From NCBI GenBank assembly GCA_049314595.1, contig JBMOET010000001.1:8856-72855 (forward strand): a DNA stretch of 64,000 bases. Reading direction: 5' to 3'. This DNA comes from Candidatus Planktophila sp. (GTDB lineage Bacteria > Actinomycetota > Actinomycetes > Nanopelagicales > Nanopelagicaceae). The first letter of the stretch is position 1. Each line of letters starts with the position of its first letter. Position numbers and translations under genes: made by a program. The notes beneath the pieces are model-generated. The model made no database searches and was not told the DNA's origin. It saw only the letters and a list, made by a program, of their open reading frames with translations. Positions 30,410-39,618 of this stretch are shown piece after piece.

Positions 30410-31251
30410 TTGATTTACATACACACACAAATAAAAGCGATGGAACTGATTCGCCTCGCGAGCTGGTCAATAAGGCTATTTCACTAGGTATGAGCGTTAT
30501 TGGAATTACCGATCACGATACAACTTCAGGCTGGGCACAAGCCATCGAAAGCTTAAGAGGAGATCTTGCTCTGGTACTCGGTAGCGAGATTTCCTGTTTA
30601 ACACATGATGGCATCAGCGTTCATATGTTGGGCTTGCTCTTTGATGGACAGCACAAAGAAATGCAGATCATGCTTGAAGAAACGCGTGATGGACGACTTC
30701 CTCGGATGCGCAAAATGATTGAGAAGATGCGCCTGGCTGGATTCGACATATCGATGGAGGATGTTCACGAGGCTCTTCCAGCTGGAGCGACATTGGGTCG
30801 TCCTCACCTTGCAGATGCTTTGGTCAACAAAGGAATTATTAAATCTCGGGATGAAGCATTTCAGGGCATGCTCAATAATGATTCGGAGTTCTATGTTTCA
30901 CACGCTGCGCCGGCGCCCGAGGATGCAATTCGAATGATAAGAAACGCTGGAGGAGTAGCAGTAATCGCTCATCCATTTGCTTCACTGCGCGGTCAAATTC
31001 TGGCTGCGCCGGATTTCAAGGCGCTAGTAGATGCTGGGTTAAATGGCATTGAAGTTGACCACAGAGATCAAAACCCTGAAGAAAGAGCGATGTTAAGGGC
31101 TATCGCCAAAGAGCTTGATTTAGCAATAACCGGTGCCAGCGATTATCACGGAAGCGGTAAACTAAATTCATTAGGTGAGTATGGAACAAGCCCAGATCAA
31201 TGGGAAAAGCTTGAAGCACAATCAAATATGCGAAGGGTGATTCGAGGATGA
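30406..31251 (+). CDS. PHP-domain metal-dependent phosphoesterase (TrpH/YciV-like)
   Basis: DLHTHTNKSDG, ITDHDT, GRPHLA, IAHP, GASDYHG. Confidence 0.93.
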   Translation: MIDLHTHTNKSDGTDSPRELVNKAISLGMSVIGITDHDTTSGWAQAIESLRGDLALVLGSEISCLTHDGISVHMLGLLFDGQHKEMQIMLEETRDGRLPRMRKMIEKMRLAGFDISMEDVHEALPAGATLGRPHLADALVNKGIIKSRDEAFQGMLNNDSEFYVSHAAPAPEDAIRMIRNAGGVAVIAHPFASLRGQILAAPDFKALVDAGLNGIEVDHRDQNPEERAMLRAIAKELDLAITGASDYHGSGKLNSLGEYGTSPDQWEKLEAQSNMRRVIRG

Positions 31252-31868
31252 AAGTAGTTCAAATCAGCGCCCTTACTTTTGCGATTCAATCATTCGTGAC
31301 TCTCTTTGTGATCATGGATCCACCTGGTGCTACGCCAATATTCCTAGCCCTTGTTGCGCATAAGCTTCCACGTGAGCGTCGCATTCTTGCGATAAAGGCT
31401 GCATCGGTTTCATTCTTTGTTATTACTTTATTTGCATTATTTGGTCGATTTATTCTTAGTTATTTAAATGTCTCAATGGCCGCTCTTCAGGCCGCTGGTG
31501 CTTTGTTACTTCTTTTGATCTCCCTTGACTTGCTTACTGGTGGCAAGGGAAGCGGCAGTAATGAGAGTGCAGATTCAAATATCGCCCTCGTTCCACTCGG
31601 AACTCCATTATTGGCAGGTCCCGGAGCCATCGTTGCAACAATGATCTTTGTTCAGCAGGCAGATAGCGCCACGATGGTTATTGGACTTGTGTGCGCAATT
31701 GTCGCTGTCCACTTAGCTATTGCCGGTGCCCTCATGGCATCGACTTCAATTTTGAAAGTAATTAAAGAGTCAGGCGTAACATTAGTTGCCCGCATTGCAG
31801 GTTTATTACTAGCTGCAATTGCCGTTCAAATGCTGGTTGATGCAATTAGGGTATTTGTTGCTGCTTAG
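31248..31868 (+). CDS. MarC family membrane protein
   Basis: LFVIMDPPG, VPLGTPLLAGPGAI, RIAGLLLAAIAVQM. Confidence 0.93.
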   Translation: MKVVQISALTFAIQSFVTLFVIMDPPGATPIFLALVAHKLPRERRILAIKAASVSFFVITLFALFGRFILSYLNVSMAALQAAGALLLLLISLDLLTGGKGSGSNESADSNIALVPLGTPLLAGPGAIVATMIFVQQADSATMVIGLVCAIVAVHLAIAGALMASTSILKVIKESGVTLVARIAGLLLAAIAVQMLVDAIRVFVAA

Positions 31869-33220
31869 CTCTCTTTAGACTTTCTTGTGCGAGTGCGTGT
31901 TCTCTCAGTTTTTTCTCTTGGTGCAGAAACCTTTGCCGGTGCATGTTTAGTTGGCGCACTTTTGGTAGGAGCTTTACTTTCAACTCGCACTACAGGCTTG
32001 GCTTTAGTCATGCGACCAGTAGATCCAGTTGGGATATCTAGAACTTCATAGAGATGGGGAGATGATGAGTATGTCTCTTCCGGCTCAGCTAAACCAAGAT
32101 CTAAAGTTTGATTAATCATCTTCCATCTAGCTAATTCGTCCCAGTCAACGAAAGTTACTGCAATGCCATCGGCACCTGCTCGCGCAGTACGTCCAATGCG
32201 GTGCACGTAAGTCTTCTCATCTTCTGGACACTGATAGTTAATAACGTGAGTAATACCCTCGATATCGATTCCACGGGCGGCAACATCAGTTGCAACAAGC
32301 ACATCTGACTTACCTGCTTTGAAATCACCTAACGCCTTTTCACGGGCACCTTGGCCTAAATCACCATGGATAGTTGCCGCGCGAAAACCGCGCTCAAGCA
32401 GATCATCGGCAGTTTTTTGACAAGTACGTTTAGTGCGACAAAAAACAATAGTTGGTCCTCGACCATCGGCCTGAAGAATTCGTGCCAACATCTCAATCTT
32501 GTCCATTGCATGTGCGCGCAAGACATGCTGCTTTATTCGAGTAACTACAGCGCCTTCGTCTTCACTATCTTGTGTACGAATATGTATTGGTTGATTCATG
32601 AAGCGGCGAGCAAGGGCAATAATGTCTCCAGGCATAGTCGCTGAAAAAAGCATGGTCTGTTTTCTATTCGGAGTATTTGCCAAGAGCTTTTCAACATCTG
32701 GCAAGAATCCAAGATCTAACATCTCATCTGCCTCATCTAGCACCAGGCGAGAAACCTCTTTAAGTTTAAGTTGACCTTGTCGCGATAGATCGAGAAGACG
32801 TCCAGGGGTTCCAACAACAATTTCAATACCGGCTTGAAGTGCCTCAATTTGGGGCTCAAAGGCACGACCACCGTAGACAGCTAACGTTCTAATTCCGCGA
32901 TTGGAAGCTAACTCTTCGATATCGCGAGTGACTTGCGTACATAGTTCACGAGTTGGAACAACTACTAGTACTTGTGGCAACCCCTTATTAGCAAACTCTG
33001 TCCACTCGGCATCATTTGGTGCAATAACACGTTCAATAAGTGGGATTCCAAAAGCTAATGTCTTTCCAGTTCCAGTTTTTGCTTGACCAATTACATCGCC
33101 ATCACTTAAGGCAATTGGAAGAACCATCTCTTGAATCGCAAAGGGTGCGATAAAGCCATGGGCATGAAGAGCTTCAATCGTTTCTGGACGAAGTGGAAGT
33201 TCGGCGAAAGTATTTGCCAC
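31865..33220 (-). CDS. DEAD-box RNA helicase
   Basis: Q motif, AKTGTGKT, PTREL, TPGR, DEAD, SAT, HRIGRTAR. Start placed at GTG 33220. Confidence 0.95.
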   Translation of the reverse strand: MANTFAELPLRPETIEALHAHGFIAPFAIQEMVLPIALSDGDVIGQAKTGTGKTLAFGIPLIERVIAPNDAEWTEFANKGLPQVLVVVPTRELCTQVTRDIEELASNRGIRTLAVYGGRAFEPQIEALQAGIEIVVGTPGRLLDLSRQGQLKLKEVSRLVLDEADEMLDLGFLPDVEKLLANTPNRKQTMLFSATMPGDIIALARRFMNQPIHIRTQDSEDEGAVVTRIKQHVLRAHAMDKIEMLARILQADGRGPTIVFCRTKRTCQKTADDLLERGFRAATIHGDLGQGAREKALGDFKAGKSDVLVATDVAARGIDIEGITHVINYQCPEDEKTYVHRIGRTARAGADGIAVTFVDWDELARWKMINQTLDLGLAEPEETYSSSPHLYEVLDIPTGSTGRMTKAKPVVRVESKAPTKSAPTKHAPAKVSAPREKTERTRTRTRKSKES

Positions 33221-33221
33221 T

Positions 33222-33479
33222 TTATGCAGCGCCGAAACCGACGCGACGAGATGCGGCATCGCCGACCTCGACGAAGCCGATTTTGTCTGCTGGAACAATA
33301 ATCTCGTGGCCACGGACATCGGTCAGTATCAATGGTTTACCAGATGCAAGCGCATCTGCAACAGCACTCTTAATGTCAGCGGCGTTTTGGGCGCTCTCAA
33401 AAAAGAGATCAGATGCCACTCGTGTGACAGCAATTCGGACCTCTGATTTTACAGCGGAGTCGATTTTCTTTGTACTCAT
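33222..33479 (-). CDS. DUF3107 family protein
   Basis: EVRIAV...LTDVRG...VPADKIGFVEVG...RRVGFG. Start at ATG 33479. Confidence 0.85.
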   Translation of the reverse strand: MSTKKIDSAVKSEVRIAVTRVASDLFFESAQNAADIKSAVADALASGKPLILTDVRGHEIIVPADKIGFVEVGDAASRRVGFGAA

Positions 33480-33499
33480 AGTGCTAATCCTATCGGCCT

Positions 33500-34111
33500 T
33501 TAATTGCGTGGGAAACCAGAAATACCTCTCCACATCAGGTTATTAACGAGTTCTACTGCTTGTTCACGAGTCAAAGTGCTGTCTCGATCAAGCCAATGGC
33601 GTGCTGTTACTTGTGCATACCCAATCATGCCAACGCCTAGCAACATTGAAGCCTCTTTTGGAAGTCCGGTATCAATTGAAATCACTGCACTTGCTGCAGC
33701 TGCGCAGTCATATGTCATTCGATTGAGCCGCTCACGTACAGATGGTTCGACACTCATGTCACTTTCAAATAACAATCTAAATGCTTCGCCCTCTTTTTCA
33801 ATGAAAGCAAAGTAGGCATCAACTGTTGCATGAACACGGTTTGCATTATCTGGTGTTGATGCGATGGCTTTTTGAATCTCAAAAACCAGTGAGTCGATAT
33901 GTAAATCAAGAACAGCTAAATAAAGCTCTAGCTTTGATGGAAAATGCTGATAGAGGACCGGCTTACTAACATTTGCGCGATCGGCAATTTCATCCATCGC
34001 AGCCGAGTGATATCCCGCGACCGTAAAGACTTCCAAGGCAGCCGATAGAAGAAGCGCGCGACGCTCATCGCGAGGTAGACGTGCCTTATTTGAAGTGTCC
34101 GCGGTAGTCAT
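33500..34111 (-). CDS. TetR family transcriptional regulator
   Basis: RLPRDERR...MDEIADRANVSKPVLYQHFPSK. Confidence 0.94.
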   Translation of the reverse strand: MTTADTSNKARLPRDERRALLLSAALEVFTVAGYHSAAMDEIADRANVSKPVLYQHFPSKLELYLAVLDLHIDSLVFEIQKAIASTPDNANRVHATVDAYFAFIEKEGEAFRLLFESDMSVEPSVRERLNRMTYDCAAAASAVISIDTGLPKEASMLLGVGMIGYAQVTARHWLDRDSTLTREQAVELVNNLMWRGISGFPRN

Positions 34112-34142
34112 TGGGGGAATCGTACGGCAGAATCACACTTCT

Positions 34143-35294
34143 ATGGAAATCCCGCCACTAATTGAAATAGGCTCCGTGCTCAGTGCCGATGAGTTACGTC
34201 GCTATAGCCGCCATTTAGCGCTGCCTGATATTTCAAAGATCGGGCAAGAGCGACTCAAGAAATCCAAAATCTTATGTGTAGGTGCCGGCGGTTTAGGCTC
34301 ACCAGTTTTAATGTATTTAGCGGCAGCCGGAGTAGGCACTTTAGGTGTGGTTGATTTTGATGCAGTGGACGAGACTAATCTTCAACGCCAAATAATCCAT
34401 GGCCAAAACGATGTTGGCAAGAGCAAAGCTCATAGCGCCCGCGCGAGCATTCTTGAGATAAATTCATTTATCAATGTTGTAGTACATGATGTTGAGTTAA
34501 GCGCTCTCAATATTATGGAGATTCTTAGTCAGTACGATTTGGTAATAGATGGAAGCGATAACTTTGCTACGCGATATTTAATTAATGATGCTGCAGTGCT
34601 TTTAGGTAAACCATGCATCTGGGGCTCCATCTATCGCTTCGATGGTCAGGCAAGTGTTTTTTGGGCTAAGCATGGTCCTTGTTATAGATGTCTACATCCG
34701 CAGCCTGCGACAGACGTTGCTAATTGTGCAGAGGCGGGGGTTTTAGGCGTCTTGTGTGCATCAATTGGTGCGATTCAGGCAACCGAGGCGATAAAAATCA
34801 TTACCGGTATTGGAAGCCCACTTGTTGGTACCTTGATGATTTATAACGCATTAGATATGAGTTTTGAAAAGATTCATATTAATAAGGATCCACAGTGCGT
34901 CTTGTGCGGAGAGAATCCAACTCAATTTGCTCTGCTCGATGATTATGCCGGTTTTTGCTCAACCGACATTGGCAATGAGCTTTCCGTATTTGAACTCAGG
35001 GAGTTGTTAGAGCGGAGTAAGGATTATTTACTTGTGGATGTTCGAGAGCAGTATGAGTTCGACGAAATGAAAATCCCAGGTTCAATCTTGATGCCCTTAG
35101 GTGGCTTTCTTGATGGAAGTGCATTGCTATCTTTGCCTAAAGACAAAGAGATTATTCTTTACTGCAAAGTCGGAATACGTTCTGCCACTGCTTTAGGTAT
35201 CCTAAAGGCAGCCGGTCACAGCAAAGTTAGACATGTAAGCGGTGGGGTAGTTGCTTGGTTAGAAAATATCGATCCACATTTAGGAGCGCACTAA
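34143..35294 (+). CDS. moeZ: MoeZ/MoeB adenylyltransferase-rhodanese fusion
   Basis: RYSRH, VGAGGLGS, NLQRQ, DNFATRY, CYRC, C-terminal rhodanese YCKVGIRS. Confidence 0.9.
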   Translation: MEIPPLIEIGSVLSADELRRYSRHLALPDISKIGQERLKKSKILCVGAGGLGSPVLMYLAAAGVGTLGVVDFDAVDETNLQRQIIHGQNDVGKSKAHSARASILEINSFINVVVHDVELSALNIMEILSQYDLVIDGSDNFATRYLINDAAVLLGKPCIWGSIYRFDGQASVFWAKHGPCYRCLHPQPATDVANCAEAGVLGVLCASIGAIQATEAIKIITGIGSPLVGTLMIYNALDMSFEKIHINKDPQCVLCGENPTQFALLDDYAGFCSTDIGNELSVFELRELLERSKDYLLVDVREQYEFDEMKIPGSILMPLGGFLDGSALLSLPKDKEIILYCKVGIRSATALGILKAAGHSKVRHVSGGVVAWLENIDPHLGAH

Positions 35295-36148
35295 TGCACA
35301 GTTCATATGCTGGTTATCGGATTCTTCTAGTTCATGCTCACCCCGATGATGAGACGATAAACAACGGTGCCACGATGGCGCTCTATGCCGATCGTGGCGC
35401 TAGCGTGACGCTGGTGACCTGTACACGCGGTGAAGAAGGCGAAATTCTTGTACCAGGGTTATCTCATTTAGCTAGCGAGCAAGGTGATCAACTTGGTGCA
35501 CACCGTGAGATTGAACTCGAAGCTGCGATGAAGGCTCTTGGCGTTAAGGACCATAGATTTTTAGCTAACTACCGTGACAGCGGCATGATGGGTATGCCAG
35601 CTAATGAGCGCCCAGATGTTTTTTGGCAAGCCGATGTAGACAAAGCCGCAGCATTACTAGTTGAAATTATCGAAGAAGTCAGGCCGCATATTTTGATTAC
35701 ATATGATGAAATCGGTGGTTATGGACATCCAGATCATATCCAAGCACACCGCGTAGCCATGAGAGCCAGCGAACTTTCAACCTGGCAGATAGAAAAAATA
35801 TATTGGAACACGATGCCAAAGTCGGTTATTGCAAGCGGAATTGCAGCAATGAAAGAGATTGGTTCAGATTTCTTTGGCACAGATAATGTTGATGATATTC
35901 CATTTGCTAAAGATGATTCATTTGTGACGACATTGATTGATGGCAATGATTATGTGGATAAGAAGATGTTAGCGATGAAAGCCCATGAAACGCAGATTGC
36001 TTTAGACGGACCTTTCTTTGCACTTTCAAATAATCTGGGACTGCAAGTATGGGGACACGAGTACTACACACTTGTAAAGGGACAAAAGTGCGCTCCCTTT
36101 GATGAACATGGGCGCGAAAGCGATTTGACTTCGGGGATAAATCTTTAA
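35294..36148 (+). CDS. mshB: GlcNAc-inositol deacetylase (mycothiol biosynthesis)
   Basis: VHAHPDDE, TCTRGEEGE, RDSGM, GGYGHPDH, AHETQI, FALSN. Confidence 0.9.
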   Translation: MHSSYAGYRILLVHAHPDDETINNGATMALYADRGASVTLVTCTRGEEGEILVPGLSHLASEQGDQLGAHREIELEAAMKALGVKDHRFLANYRDSGMMGMPANERPDVFWQADVDKAAALLVEIIEEVRPHILITYDEIGGYGHPDHIQAHRVAMRASELSTWQIEKIYWNTMPKSVIASGIAAMKEIGSDFFGTDNVDDIPFAKDDSFVTTLIDGNDYVDKKMLAMKAHETQIALDGPFFALSNNLGLQVWGHEYYTLVKGQKCAPFDEHGRESDLTSGINL

Positions 36149-36460
36149 GTGAAATACTTATATTCAATAGTTTTCGGTGCAGCTCTCGGTCTTGGTTCAG
36201 TACTTCTGCATTCTTCTCTGGCACCTTTTGGATTAATTGTGAGCTTGATTTCAACCGTTGCAGGAATCTGGAGTGTTGGGCGCAAGTGGGGTGGGCGAAA
36301 CTACAGAAGCGTCGCAGCTCTGGCATGGATATTTGTCATAGTGCGTGCAGGTTTTCCGGGCCTGGGCCAGGAGTTCTTAATTGAAGGAACTCCTATAGGT
36401 ATCTCGCTCCTCAACTTGGGCGTTCTAGCGCTGGTGCTAGCAGTCCTTCTTCCTGTCTGA
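36149..36460 (+). CDS. Small membrane protein (DUF6113-like by position)
   Basis: Four hydrophobic segments; abuts mshB. Confidence 0.65.
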   Translation: MKYLYSIVFGAALGLGSVLLHSSLAPFGLIVSLISTVAGIWSVGRKWGGRNYRSVAALAWIFVIVRAGFPGLGQEFLIEGTPIGISLLNLGVLALVLAVLLPV

Positions 36461-36470
36461 TTTTTCCACC

Positions 36471-36671
36471 CTAAGTTTTGGCGATTACCTGACGCCAGAT
36501 AAAAATCTCACTGTGTGAGAACTCGATTAATTGGCCATGTCGGTTTCGTAGGGAGTGAGCGCTCTCAAGAACCCCCACGATGTCTCGAAAGCCCGAACCT
36601 TGATCATGTAAACGGATGGTCACGCGCTTGCCAATTAAGGCCTCAAAGGCAGCAGCAAGATCGTGTGACAT
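36471..36671 (-). CDS. Small hypothetical beta-barrel (SH3/Sm-like) protein
   Basis: 66 aa, LIGKRVTIRL...FRDIVGVLE; TATCGT -10 lies 6 nt upstream of the ATG. Confidence 0.65.
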   Translation of the reverse strand: MSHDLAAAFEALIGKRVTIRLHDQGSGFRDIVGVLESAHSLRNRHGQLIEFSHSEIFIWRQVIAKT

Positions 36672-36761
36672 GGCTCAACGATAAACCTTTGCTCCAATAT
36701 CGCGCGCAGTGCCGCCATGCGATTAGAATCATCCCATTCCAATGAGTGTGGAGGCATGCCC

Positions 36762-37082
36762 TTGACGTACATAATTGCAGAGCCATGTGTTGATGTGAAA
36801 GATAAGTCGTGCATCGCCGAGTGTCCTGTGGACTGTATTTATGAAGGCGCCCGCATGCTCTACATCCAGCCCGATGAATGTGTCGACTGTGGCGCTTGCG
36901 AGCCGGTGTGCCCAGTAGAGGCTATTTACTACGAGGATGACGTACCAGCCCAATGGGTTGAGTTTGGCAAGGTTAATACTGAGTTTTTTGTTGAAATCGG
37001 TTCTCCAGGCGGGGCTGCCAAGATGGGTCCAACGAATACGGACCACACATTTATTAACTCCCTGCCGCCTAAGAGCGAGTAA
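36762..37082 (+). CDS. fdxA: 7Fe ferredoxin
   Basis: TYIIAEPCVDVKDKSCIAECPVDCIY...ECVDCGACEPVCP. SD GGAGG lies 7 nt before TTG 36762. Confidence 0.95.
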   Translation: MTYIIAEPCVDVKDKSCIAECPVDCIYEGARMLYIQPDECVDCGACEPVCPVEAIYYEDDVPAQWVEFGKVNTEFFVEIGSPGGAAKMGPTNTDHTFINSLPPKSE

Positions 37083-37088
37083 GACTTC

Positions 37089-38153
37089 TTGCGCGCACCG
37101 CTCCCGGATTTTCCATGGGATGCACTAGCTCCATTCGGTGACATTGCGCGCTCGCATCCAGATGGAATCATTGATTTATCTCAAGGTACCCCGGTTGATT
37201 CAACGCCTGAGTTTATTCAAACTGCACTTCGCGAAGCATCGGATTCACCAAGCTATCCACTAACTGCTGGGACTCCACAACTACGTGCTGCAATTACGAA
37301 GTGGGCACATGAGCGACTTGGTGCTACCGGAGATTTTGATGTCTTGCCATTAATTGGTTCCAAAGAGTTAGTGGCGTGGCTTCCAACTATTCTTGAAGCA
37401 AAGAGAGTTTTAATTCCAGAGATTGCTTACCCTACTTATCACGTAGGAGCTTTAATTGCGCAGGCAGAGTCGATTCCAGTTGGTATCGATGCCAATCAAT
37501 GGCCAACTGCAGATCTTGCATGGCTTAACTCACCGTCGAATCCAACTGGACGAGTACATAACCTTGATGAAGTTAATGCCTGCCTTCAATGGTCTCGAAA
37601 TTCTGGTGCAACGCTTGTTTCTGATGAGTGTTACTTGGATTTCGATCACACCGCACAATCTTTTTCAGTGCTATCACAGACAAGCGGAGACAACACAAAC
37701 GTTTTAGCTGTTCACTCTCTATCTAAGCGATCATCGATGGCAGGATACCGAGCCGCCTTCATGATTGGTGACTCACAATTAATTTCACGTATTCGAGAAT
37801 TCAGAAAACATGCTGGAATGATCGTTCCTCTCCCGGTTCAAAAAGCAATGACAGTTGCTTTAGCTGATAACGAACACGTCATCCAGCAACGTGGGCGATA
37901 TAACGCACGTAGAGATTTATTGCGCCCGGCCCTTGAGGCGGCCGGCTTCCGAGTGGAGTTTAGTAATTCGGGTCTGTACATCTGGTGCACACGAGATGAG
38001 GATGCATGGGTGAGTGTTGAATGGTTAGCCCACCGAGGAATTCTGGCAACTCCAGGAAGTTTTTATGGCGAAAAAGGTGCGAACCATATTCGCATCGCTA
38101 TGACCGCAACTGATGAGCGCATAAAAAGCGCTGTTTTACGCTTAAAGGCTTAA
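37089..38153 (+). CDS. dapC: Succinyldiaminopimelate transaminase
   Basis: LPDFPWD, GTPVD, GSKELVA, NSPSNPTG, SDECY, SLSKRS; fdxA-dapC synteny. Confidence 0.93.
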   Translation: MRAPLPDFPWDALAPFGDIARSHPDGIIDLSQGTPVDSTPEFIQTALREASDSPSYPLTAGTPQLRAAITKWAHERLGATGDFDVLPLIGSKELVAWLPTILEAKRVLIPEIAYPTYHVGALIAQAESIPVGIDANQWPTADLAWLNSPSNPTGRVHNLDEVNACLQWSRNSGATLVSDECYLDFDHTAQSFSVLSQTSGDNTNVLAVHSLSKRSSMAGYRAAFMIGDSQLISRIREFRKHAGMIVPLPVQKAMTVALADNEHVIQQRGRYNARRDLLRPALEAAGFRVEFSNSGLYIWCTRDEDAWVSVEWLAHRGILATPGSFYGEKGANHIRIAMTATDERIKSAVLRLKA

Positions 38154-38155
38154 CC

Positions 38156-39163
38156 ATGGCTGTTGGAATTCTTCTCGTCGGTGGCTTTGGTACGCGCTTA
38201 ATGCCACTAACAAAAAACACACCAAAGCCGATGCTCACAGTTGCGGGATTGCCAGTTACAGAACATCAACTAGCAATGGCGCGAAATGCAGGAATCACGA
38301 CTGTTGTTCTTGCCACTTCATATCTATCAGAACTCTTCACACCTTATTTCGGCGATGGTTCTAAATGGGGGATGAAATTAATATACGCCGTTGAGACGAA
38401 ACCTCTTGGCACGGGTGGGGCGATCGCAAATGCGGCGCAATTCCTAGATACTAATGAGCCAATTGTTGTCTTCAATGGTGATGTTTTAAGTTCACATAAT
38501 TTAAGCGAACAAATCCGACAGCATCAAGAAAACAAAGCTGATGTGACTTTACATCTAACATTAGTTGAGGATGCGCGTGCATATGGCTGCGTGCCTACAG
38601 ATTCAGATGGACGCGTGATTGCCTTTTTAGAAAAAATGGAGAATCCGGTCACTAATACGATTAATGCAGGGTGTTACGTCTTTAGCCCAGAGATAGTTAA
38701 ATCTATTCCGCGAGAAACAGTTATTAGTGTTGAGCGTGAAGTCTTTCCACAGTTAATTTCTAACCATGCAAGATTATTTGGTTTTATTGATGACTCATAT
38801 TGGTTAGATATCGGTACTCCAAAAGCCTTACTAAAGGGCTCCACCGATTTGGTGAAGGGCCGTGCAGACTCCAGCGCACTTACCCAGGCCGATGTCGCAT
38901 CACATACGAGTGAGAAGCTCATCATGAGTACAGCCACAGTGGATGCCACAGCAATCATTGATCAGGGCTCATGCATCGGAGCCGGTGCCTTCATTGGAGC
39001 TGGTGCGCATATATCTGGATCAATCGTTGAAAATGGGGTGCACATCGGAGCCGGTGCGGTTGTCAGTGGTTCTTTCGTTACAGCACATGCATTTATTGCA
39101 GAAAATTCAACAATTACGGGCTCATTTGTGACAATGGATGAGATTCTCTCGATTCCAGGCTGA
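38156..39163 (+). CDS. manC: NDP-sugar pyrophosphorylase (mannose-1-phosphate guanylyltransferase-like)
   Basis: LVGGFGTRLMPLT..PKP, PLGTGGAI, NGDVL, INAGCY, WLDIGTP, hexapeptide repeats. Confidence 0.88.
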   Translation: MAVGILLVGGFGTRLMPLTKNTPKPMLTVAGLPVTEHQLAMARNAGITTVVLATSYLSELFTPYFGDGSKWGMKLIYAVETKPLGTGGAIANAAQFLDTNEPIVVFNGDVLSSHNLSEQIRQHQENKADVTLHLTLVEDARAYGCVPTDSDGRVIAFLEKMENPVTNTINAGCYVFSPEIVKSIPRETVISVEREVFPQLISNHARLFGFIDDSYWLDIGTPKALLKGSTDLVKGRADSSALTQADVASHTSEKLIMSTATVDATAIIDQGSCIGAGAFIGAGAHISGSIVENGVHIGAGAVVSGSFVTAHAFIAENSTITGSFVTMDEILSIPG

Positions 39164-39201
39164 TTTATCTCAAAATTGTAGGTAAGCAGCACTCATTTAA
39201 C

Positions 39202-39230
39202 TTGACATATTGGTCTTACACGCGTGTAAT
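39202..39230 (+). promoter_or_regulatory. whiB promoter: TTGACA-17 nt-TGTAAT, overlapped by a 14-bp palindrome
   Basis: TTGACA at 39202-39207, TGTAAT at 39225-39230, TTACACGCGTGTAA at 39216-39229. Confidence 0.65.
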
Positions 39231-39291
39231 TCACTCTTAAGTAAGTCTTTTCCAAGAGGGACGAGACACAAAGCTCCTAAGGAGAATCGGT

Positions 39292-39591
39292 ATGCCGATC
39301 CGACCTGAAGCCACGAACTCCCCGACCCCCACGACTGGCCCTAAAATCACACTAGCTAATGGAGAGAACGTAGAACTCTCTTGGCAGGAGCGCTCCTTAT
39401 GCGCTCAAACCGATCCCGAAGCATTTTTCCCAGAAAAAGGCGGTTCAACTCGCGAAGCAAAGCGTGTCTGTCTTTCATGCGATGTTCGCTCTGAGTGCTT
39501 GGAGTACGCGCTCGCACATGATGAGCGTTTTGGAATTTGGGGCGGATTATCAGAGCGCGAACGACGTCGCCTTAAGCGTCGCACTGCCTAA
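39292..39591 (+). CDS. whiB: WhiB family regulator (WhiB/WhiB2 clade)
   Basis: WQERSLCAQTDPEAFFPEKGGSTREAKRVC..C.VRSECL...GIWGGLSERERR. Confidence 0.95.
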   Translation: MPIRPEATNSPTPTTGPKITLANGENVELSWQERSLCAQTDPEAFFPEKGGSTREAKRVCLSCDVRSECLEYALAHDERFGIWGGLSERERRRLKRRTA

Positions 39592-39618
39592 TACTGCAAC
39601 CTTAAGCGGGTTAGAACT

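Noticed and set aside
31900-31980. K(S/H)APTK-like repeats in the helicase C-terminal tail
   Set aside because: An ordinary low-complexity basic tail of a DEAD-box helicase.
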